Assembly: GCA_012295275.1 (NCBI GenBank)
Contig: CM022673.1
Location: forward strand, 20,646,001 to 20,710,000
Origin: Chrysomallon squamiferum
Taxonomy: Eukaryota; Animalia; Mollusca
Direction of reading: 5' to 3'
Length of the DNA stretch: 64,000 nucleotides
Shown here in pieces: positions 55,027 to 64,000 of the stretch (position 1 is its first letter; every line of letters starts with the position of its first letter). Under the pieces are notes generated by a model, which searched no databases, had not been told where the DNA came from, and saw only the letters and a list, made by a program, of their open reading frames with translations. A program made the position numbers and the translations under genes.

Positions 55027-55340
55027 TACGAACCTTTTGTAATATGACAGCACCTTCCTAAGAATTTGAAGAACTGATATATGATTGTATGGACCTGTTA
55101 TATAGTAATATATAATATATATTTAGCGCTTACAAATAAATAATTGTGATAATAAGTATTACTAAAAATATATATATATAAACAGTAATAAGCGGGCAAT
55201 AACAGACAAGCATTTATTCAATAAATTTTAGGTATTATATTATATATTAATAAAGGATAACTAACCCCACAGGTCCATACAGTCATAAGTCAGCTCTTCG
55301 AAATCTTTGGAAGGTGTTGTCGTGTTACCAAAGTTTCATA
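55027..55340. mobile_element. Foldback/MITE-like element with 72-bp imperfect inverted repeats (55027-55098 / 55269-55340)
   Basis: Left arm tacgaaccttttgtaatatgacagcaccttcctaagaatttgaagaactgatatatgattgtatggacctgt aligns without gaps to the reverse complement of the right arm (59/72 identical by manual count). Both outer ends are TA and the spacer is AT-rich and non-coding. Confidence 0.7.
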
Positions 55341-56370
55341 TGAAGAATTAAAAACAATTACATTGAGGTACATGTATGTAAAAATGGTTATTAGTTCGTA
55401 CTTTCTTTTAAAGACTAAGTCATAACTTTCTTTTATGTCGATTATTAAATTTACTTTAAAAAAAGAAAAAAAAAATCATTTCACCTTTCTCTACCAGATT
55501 GTACAAGAGATCTTCGACATGGAGATGAATATTCAGAGTTTAAATGAAGCAATTCAAACCACCGAACAGCGAATGAAGAAACTAAGACGTGCCTGGAGGA
55601 AAGGTGTAGTAACAACAACGTGAACGTCTCTCACAGTGACGTGAATGATTTGTAAGATTTTTGTCTTATTGTTTTTATCAAGTAAATAGTTTAACATCAT
55701 CCTTGTATCTTCGTTGAATGTGATCTTATTTAGAAATCATTTTATTAACTGTTGCAGGCATAATATAAATTTTTAGTGCAAAATCAGCTACTGCTATAGC
55801 TGCTGCTGATGCTGCTAATGATGATGACAATGATCTGATGTTACCACTGGGGCTACTATCATCACGATATTTCTATCTGTTTTTTTATGACTTTTAACTG
55901 TTGAAAATGAAATGGGTTCAGATTAAACTTTCAGTAATGTTTTCATTATTATTTTTAATACGCACAGCTGGACGGAAACAAGATGGCAGTGTAGTAATTC
56001 CTGCTATCCTGATTTAATTATATTTATATGTATATATATATATATATATAGTCATTCTGTTTTTCTTTATTCTCAGTTTGCATTCTGAGCTGAACGAATT
56101 GCGCCAGTCACTTACAATTCTGAAAGAAAAACTGAAGAGTTCGGAACTCAGTCTGGACAGACTTCAAAATATCAGAAGTAAACTGGAGAAAGATATCGCC
56201 ATTAAGAATACCAGCATCAAGATCGACTTGCAGACATGTATGGGCATGCGTCAAAAGTTCCCCATGGAAATCAGAATTGGGTCAGAAATAAAAATACTGG
56301 ATGATAGTAATCAGAATAATTACATACGTATAATGTAAATAATTGAAATGCGGATTGATTATGTTTTTAG

Positions 56371-56484
56371 TTATGTAGAAATTATGTTCTTAATTATAAG
56401 AAATTATGTTCTTAATTATGTAGAAATTATGTTCTTAATTATGTAGAAATTATGTTCTTAATTATGTGGAAATTATGTTTTTGA
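56371..56484. repeat. Minisatellite, ~23-bp unit (ttatgtagaaattatgttcttaa) x5, in the 3' UTR of the half-tektin
   Basis: Five consecutive near-identical units read directly. Confidence 0.9.
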
Positions 56485-57762
56485 TTATTTCACTTAGATA
56501 CGAAAACGCAGTGCAATAACAGTTTTATTTGGTTATTAGTTTAGTTATGTTGTTGACATTTGATATAAGCAATTAAAATCAGTAATGTATACATAATACG
56601 TAATATTATTAAATGGAAGTCAATAATAATGCTAAAATAATAATTACGAGGTTTATAATCATTGTACAGAATAATGTACTATAATGCTGAAATATTTATT
56701 AGTTTGGTTTTTGTTAAATATAACTAAAAGAAAATTTAAATTATCAATGAATTATAATTGTCAAATATTTATTATTTTTCCTTTTGTTAAATATAACAAT
56801 AAAGTAAATTTAAATTACTGTAGAAGTAGAAATATTAATTTATTGTTGTCTTCTTCATTTTATTTTAATTTGAAAAAGAATCAAACAAAAACAAAATTAT
56901 GCTCTTGCTGATTAAATTAAATTGTAATTTAGCAATAACTAGTTTGTAGTTATTATTTTTATTTTTTGTTGCGATCTGACTTTATTATTGTTTTGCAAGC
57001 TGTGGTTTAGGGCGGACCTTGATTGTGAACTGTGTCAAGGGATATTTTAGTAATCAAAGCACTACTTGGATGGATGACGTTATAAATAGTTTATGAAGAT
57101 TTTTTCCAAGGGCTATTCTTGGTCAAGTAGGCCTGTTTGAATAGCAGTTACTTTCTTTTTACTCAACATGTAAGATCACCTTCTTTCTTTCCTTCATCTA
57201 GATCATCTTCGTATTATTATTATTTCATAAAAATCTCAACAAAGACTTTACTTGGCGCCACATTTAATTATTTTTAACGATTACTTTCGGTTTTATTCGA
57301 AGAAAAGAGTTGTTTCCCTTTGAACGTTTTTTTTTTAGTGAAAAAAAAAAGAATAAAAAAGTAACCATATTTTCATGGAAAGAGAAACTTGAGCATAAAC
57401 GAAGGCTCATCCGTCGTTATATTTGGTGCATTAAATCATCAACATTTTGCAGGAATAACTCGAAAACATCACAGAATACAGCTCTGTAAATATTATCGCT
57501 AACGATGTTTTCACGGCAGGGAGAATACAAAAAGTTATAAAGATGAAGGATATATTATAGTGCAGCTGACAACCAAGATCACGCAACGATCATTTCAAAA
57601 CTACTCGCTATACAATACCTGGTACCAAGATATTTATCAATCTTTATTTTTTAATTTCACTTCATGTTTTCTCAACCTGCAAGTTTATTATAGTTAATTA
57701 TTCCACTTTTCTATAATAATAATTTTAAAAATTAAAAAATAAAAAATAAAAATAAACTAAAC

Positions 57763-57766
<4 letters not shown>

Positions 57767-57819
<53 letters not shown>

Positions 57820-57870
57820 ATGAAATAAAATAAAATAAAATAAAATAAAATAAAATAAAATAAAATAAAA
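57767..57870. repeat. (AAAT)n/(AAAAT)n microsatellite
   Basis: Read directly. Confidence 0.9.
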
Positions 57871-58349
57871 ATGATTATTTTTGAAAATAATAAAATAATA
57901 AAGAATAATAAAGAAAAAATAAAAAGAATAACAAAAAGTAAAAACTGGATTTACCCATCTAAAACATGTGAACTGTTCTTTGATTATAGGACAACCACAG
58001 GACTGTATTTATTTCTGGAACATGCTCGTCCTGATAATCCTTTTATTTATTGCAAGATTGTCTTGGTTTCCTTCTGTGCTCTGAAAATCATTATTTTTTG
58101 TCTGTCAGGATGTTTGGGATGTTTTTTAATTATTTATTTACAGAATAGATTAAATCTTCGAAAGAAAAAAGAAAGTGTTTATTTGAAATAACCTACTGTA
58201 TCTAGCATGTTGTAGATTATTATAGATTTCAAGGAAAAGAAGACTTTAAATAGGGAAATACACTGTATAATTATATTTATACTCCAAACAAATATAATAA
58301 ATAGATAATAATGTAAAATTCTTGCAAAGGTAGAAACAGTAATTAATTA

Positions 58350-58396
<47 letters not shown>

Positions 58397-61123
58397 AGAC
58401 AGAAATAAAAACCAATCAAGAAAAAAATCTCAAAACAAAATACCCCCAAAAATAAAGAAACACCAAAACAACCAGAACATGTAAAACTGAAAAATTAGTT
58501 TATAATATAACAAAAAAATATTATAAAAAAAAAAAAAAAAAAAAGAAGCAAATAACAACAACAAAAAAATCAATTGAAAATGAGCAAAAAAATGATTTTC
58601 GATTATTTATTCAAAAAAAAAAAATGTATGTACATATATAACTGCACATACCTATGTGGGTGTGGTCGTGTGTTTGTGTGTTTTTGTATGCAGGTCTCGA
58701 TTTTTTTGTGTTTGCAAACACATCATAACTATGTGTATATAAAGATAACTTTAGCGGAAAGTAAAAACACCTTAAGCCTACTTTGATTTGTCATTTATAA
58801 GTCTTGTTCTCTCCACACTTTAATATCAAACAACGCTTCTGTAGATAACTGAGAGTAAACTGTGACTGTTTATCTCGCTAGCTGAACACCACCGCCGAGA
58901 TGTCGCGACCGGACTCTAATCATATTTGATCTGCCTTATTATTGCGAGGAAGAAAGCGGCGGAAATTGAAGCAGAGCGTCAATAAAGCCACAAGCTTCGC
59001 CTCCCACCTTTCTTAATCCCATCTGAGTGTCTCTTTTGGATGAGAGATCAAACGCGGGGATCGGAGCCGTCGAAAATCAATCAGACGGTTGCTTCCTGGG
59101 ACAGCGGCAACGTTGTTGTGTAGAACGACGTTGTAGTTGTATGAGTTAAGGTGGAGGAGGCAGGTTACTGTCTTAAGGTGAACGAGAAAGTTTTCTCAGT
59201 GTAACATGGTAGGTAAAATTGTGTAAAAAAATAAAAATAATAATTAAAAATAAAATATAATAATAATAATTAAAAAATAAAATAAAATAATAATAATTAA
59301 AAAATAAAATAAAATAATAATAAAGAAGAAATGACGAAACATACACAGTTTAAAACTCCGTGCTGATATAACTGAAAATCATGAACAATACACTCACTTC
59401 AAAGTATTTAAGAAAAAAAAAAATGAAAAAAGAGGCCAACAAGCAAACAACGTACTACTCTACTACTACTACTTCTACAACGAATCTTTCAGTATTGCTA
59501 CTACCACTAAAAATGTTACTGCTATTATTAGTACCACTACGACTATTACTACTACTACTACTACTTCACAAATGCTGCTGCTTCTATTATTTATACGATT
59601 ACTATTAAAACAAACAGTACTAGTGCTACTAAAACTACAACTGCTACTGTTATTACTAGACTATAAACTATAAACTACAACACCTTCGCAACTACTGCTG
59701 CTTCTACTATTTCTACTAGTGTTATTGCTATTATTTTCACGATTGCTGTTGTTACAATACTACTACTATTACTGCTGCTACTACTGTTACATTTTCTATG
59801 TTTTTTTTTGTTTGTTTTTTTAATTGGTTTTTGCTGTTGCATTAACAACAACAACTATAATAATACTGGTAATAGTAGTTGTAGTTGTTGTAGTAGTGAT
59901 TAAAGTAGCTTTACAAGCAGCAGCAGTTGTAGTATAATTAAGAGTGTAGAAATAGTAAGGGTGTTGAAAGTGGCTGGAGTAATTCTAACAGCACGGAACA
60001 ATCAGCAGTCAGTTTAACAATGGAGACAACATTAGCTGATACATTTATCTAAACTCGAGACTAAAAAACTCATTTGTTTTCTTCACTTACGTTATCCGAT
60101 TTCGCTAATTCATAACACCAGGAAACAGCAAAACACAAAATCAATAAAATTATTGAATTGTCATTTTTAACTTCAATTCGTACTGGAAAAAATCGCTTGT
60201 TCGTGTAAAACAAAAAAAAAAAAAAATAATAATAATAATACATTTTTTTTTAGAAATAAGGAAAAAAGGAAAAGGATCCATGTTTAAATAATGTTCTGGG
60301 CGGTGAAATTGCTTTTTGGAAGACAGAAAGAGGAAACTGAAATTATTATTATTATCATTATTAATATTACTGTTATTATTATTATTATTAACATTATTAT
60401 TATTGTTATTATTATTATAATTAATAATATTAAAATTATAAAATGAAAAATATATTTAATCTGTTATATTTGTTTTCTTTAGATCAACCAGGTTTTAATC
60501 AATGGATGTTAAATTATGGTATATTATGGTACATTTATGTATTAACCTATGACTGATACTTAAAAATACAACACAATTTATATACAGGTTCATTCATTCA
60601 TGGCTTTAATTCAAAACTTTTCTCTACTCTGTTTTATTAATTTTATTTCTCAGCCAATTTTTATTTAATGGTGCGTAGGATCCTAAAATGAAATTTCTCA
60701 TGGACAGCGAACTGAACAAAAACACAGAGGAGTTTTAAAAACACGTCACTAACTGTTACTGTGGTATGAGCCCCAAGTCATGTGATAACTGAACTGATAC
60801 GTAACGATCTCCGATTCTCGTACCAGTCTTTTTCTCGCTCCAAGAAGAAAATCAGTCTACTGTTGTAAAAGATTCCGAAACGATCAAATGTTAACTTGCA
60901 GTTGGTTTTTGATCGACTTATTGGTTTAGCTTTTAATGAAGTTTTTAGTTAAACTCAGTTCTCTGAGGAATAAAACAAAGAGATATGTTTAAAAACGTAT
61001 CTAAACTTAGCAACAGTTTAAACATTTTAAATGAAACTAGAAAGTTAATAAAAAAAATTTAAGAAACAGAAATAAAAATAGAAAAGAAATTAATGATAAT
61101 AATAATAATAATAAAAATAAAAG

Positions 61124-61164
<41 letters not shown>

Positions 61165-61257
61165 TTAACCAATAATATTAATTAAAGTATTCAGTCCTCA
61201 CATCGGAAACAAAGTAAATTAATAAATGATAATGATAATGATGATGATGATGATGAA

Positions 61258-61290
<33 letters not shown>

Positions 61291-62354
61291 CATAGAAAAA
61301 AAAAAAAAAAACAACAAAAAAACACACCCAAAAACCCCAACATTTTTCTGAAACTAATGAACGACTTACATAAATTAAAATAAAAGTGACAGAATCAGCT
61401 GATGTGGAATAGACAAATAGTGTAAAACCAAACTTGACACTCCCACTGACAAACTGTCCATTACGTCCTGCAGTACTCACACAACATTCACAAATAACTG
61501 CTCAGTGGGCGGCAAGCTTGAGAGAAAAACAACGTGTCTGAACGCTGTGTTAATTCACTTACATACGTACCATTGTCTAACACCCGACAGAGTCGCCTTA
61601 CTGCGTGTCGTGAACAGTCGTCTTTGAACCTACACAGATATAAATAATAAAACACGTTTCAAAATGACTCACTCATTCACTAACACACAAATACTGATAC
61701 CGTATCTGTAAGTATGACGTTAATTCGTTAGTCATTAATTTTATTTCTATTGTCATTTTTAAAAACTAGTGTTAATTTGTCAAGAATACTTTTTTGTGTG
61801 AATCATTATTTAATAACATCCCATAATTAAAAAGAAGTAAAACAGATTCTGTTTATGTATAATTATTTTAATATAAAAACCATGTGAAGGGCAGTGTAAA
61901 AATTAAATAATAATAAATAAATAAATAAATAAATAAATTAAAAGAATGCTACACACAATTAAAACGAGTGTATGAAATAGTTTCTGACATTTTTTCTAAC
62001 GTTAATTATTCACAAACTACAAAATATTAGTTTTAACGCGATACCAAACTGTTAATTCAAACTTTGTAACCTGTTTAAAACTGTTTCTTCGGTTTATCAA
62101 CTTTATGGGATAAACTGGTTTAATCAGCTTCATGAAAGTAGAAAAATTACGAAGGATTATAAAAATCTCCCTCTTGTCAAAACTGATCAAAATTATCACA
62201 GCTGCTTCTTAATACTCATGATATATACATAATAACAGTCTAAACATATTCTGCATTCTTCTAAGTTACGTTTTGTTTCTTATTTCATTAATTAATAACG
62301 AAATCTAATAACAAAAGATTGATGTTTAAAATTAACTCCGTAGTGCCATACTCT

Positions 62355-62482
62355 GGTAGTTATGACGTCATTGCCTGCAGGCACACACCGGTTTTCTCCA
62401 CTTCCTTCTGACGTGATGAGAAGACGAAAATGGCCGATTTCAGTCAGCTGACGTTACGACTTCATAATGTTTCATGCGATAA
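62355..62482 (+). promoter_or_regulatory. Promoter-like CpG patch (TGACGTCA 62363-62370, CACTTCCT, TGACGT, AAAATGGC) with a possible first coding exon 62430-62482 (MADFSQLTLRLHNVSCD)
   Basis: Cluster of CRE, ETS and YY1-like motifs and a good ATG context; the donor AA|gtaaaa is weak and no protein is recognised. Confidence 0.25.
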
Positions 62483-63010
62483 GTAAAATGTTTTCTAACC
62501 GACCTACTGACATATGTTATCACCACTAAGACCTCCGCTCAAGGAATAAAAGCGCATTTAAAGAAAGTATATTTGATAACCTCCCCCCAGTCAGTTCAGT
62601 ACCGACCCTTGCTGAGAAGAGAATTCTAGAAAAGGTTTATTTCAGTTACTGATACGTATTGGACATTAGCCGTTTCCGTAACCGCAGCCTCTGTTATTTT
62701 ATCTCTTATTGATTTTGAATTATTTCGGTTTACTGCATAGATATGATTTACTGAATATTAATAACACAAGGCGGTTATAGAATTATACACACCCACAGAC
62801 AAATAAGGAAAATTACATTTATGTTAAATAAATTCATTGTAAGCTGAATAAAACATGTTTACTTATATATTATAATATGCTAACTTTTTTTGTTGATATC
62901 TGTGCATAAAATATTATTTTAATTAATTATGATAACGACGATGATGATGTTGAACATCATCATCATCATTATTAGTAATTATTATTATATTATTATTATT
63001 ATTATTATTA

Positions 63011-63071
<61 letters not shown>

Positions 63072-63474
63072 AGTCATTGACATGTAGTGCAATCTTTTAT
63101 TGCTCTTAACATATAAACAAATTTAAATGTTTGAGCTGTGTTTGAAAATCTTTTTAAAACGCAGTTACACAGAAAACGTGACCCACATTTTAAAAAATTA
63201 ATTTTCACAAATATCTGTCACCATAGTGATAAATATTTCCTTGATGGAACCGGAACAAATTTTTTACGATAGACGGGCAATGTATATAATAGCATTGACA
63301 CCCATTAAACAGTAAATAACCAGGACTTCCTGGCATGCATTTGTCATCAAAGAAAAGGCAGAAACTTACAAGATAAAATTCTTGGTTAATTGCTGGTCTC
63401 AACGATTATGAATAAAAGCTATCGGCGAAAAAAACAAACAAGCAATATTGTCTTTGTTGGATATTTTTATTATC

Positions 63475-63476
63475 AC

Positions 63477-63543
<67 letters not shown>

Positions 63544-63545
63544 TA

Positions 63546-63587
<42 letters not shown>

Positions 63588-63590
63588 AAA
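63475..63590. repeat. Compound (TAT)n/(GT)n/(AT)n microsatellite
   Basis: Read directly. Confidence 0.9.
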
Positions 63591-64000
63591 TGTGTATAGA
63601 TAGATAGGTGGATACTTATACATAAACACTCGTGTAGATTATATAAATTGAAAAATAAAATGAACAGAAAAAAAACCCAGTACAAATAAATAAACAGACT
63701 AAAATGTATTTACATCCAGATTTAATGAAATCAGCGAAAAATAAAGACAACAGTAGTCATCTGAGTTGATCTCAGAAAAGCCCACTCAGTTACTAAAACA
63801 AAAACTGTGTGGTAAACGGAAAAAGAATGAAATGTAATAAAAAAAAAAAAAAACAACATGACTGTTATACATTTGAAAGTAACTGAACAAAAAGTCAACT
63901 CTCATTTGATTAGTATAATTTAAAACTATTTACTTTTTACATGCAAACCCACGCATATTGCAATAATGTAATATATTAAGACTTTAATAGTAAGTAATGT

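Larger units (their letters stand above)
52071..56338 (+). pseudogene. Divergent partial tektin duplicate ('half-tektin'), either a functional ~417-aa gene with a 1-nt assembly error or a recent pseudogene; exons 52071-52198, 52705-52842, 53100-53234, 53446-53580, 54263-54340, 54672-54894, 55498-55651, 56077-56338
   Basis: The last three exons are clear paralogues of tektin exons 9-11 (223 vs 223 nt, 154 vs 155 nt; EIESCLRSCFAEMLHNFNVVNNAFDMRIRET, QEIFDMEMNI, LKEKLKSSELSLDRL...CMGMRQKFPME). Five upstream GT-AG exons join in one open frame from aaaATG 52071. One base is missing in the A-run at 55579-55581, giving TGA at 55621-55623; restoring it reopens the frame to TAA 56338. Confidence 0.8.

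Noticed and set aside
55571-55590. Programmed ribosomal frameshift as an explanation of the half-tektin lesion
   Set aside because: No X XXY YYZ slippery heptamer or obvious downstream structure; assembly error or mutation is more parsimonious.
56371-56484. Regular ~23-bp repeat superficially like a CRISPR array
   Set aside because: Units are contiguous with no unique spacers, there are no cas genes, and the context is eukaryotic: a minisatellite.

Overview
AT-rich, microsatellite-dense eukaryotic (animal) genomic DNA, probably an invertebrate such as a mollusc or other lophotrochozoan (inferred from composition and protein style, not proven). All exon models were assembled by hand from GT-AG sites and frame continuity. 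(1) A 6-exon low-molecular-weight protein tyrosine phosphatase ACP1 on the minus strand (9162-13445) lies head-to-head with (2) a 4-coding-exon LIX1-like/lowfat gene (14425-20409). (3) SCFD1/Sly1 is a single intronless ORF (24286-26181). (4) An 11-exon tektin-3/5-like gene (38604-48604) carries two homologous 86-nt copies of exon 5 (42866-42951 and 43714-43799) that give full-length protein only if spliced mutually exclusively. (5) Just downstream is a divergent 'half-tektin' (52071-56338): the last three tektin exons joined to a new N-terminus built from symmetrical phase-2 exons, with the tektin signature erased and a 1-nt frameshift in an A-run. Also present are the probable 5' end of an unidentified minus-strand gene running off the left edge (with a candidate 9-nt microexon), a Tc1 transposase fossil, a foldback/MITE-like inverted repeat, and a sharp switch from CpG-depleted to CpG-normal sequence near 29 kb. 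Most short ORFs in the supplied track are low-complexity noise.
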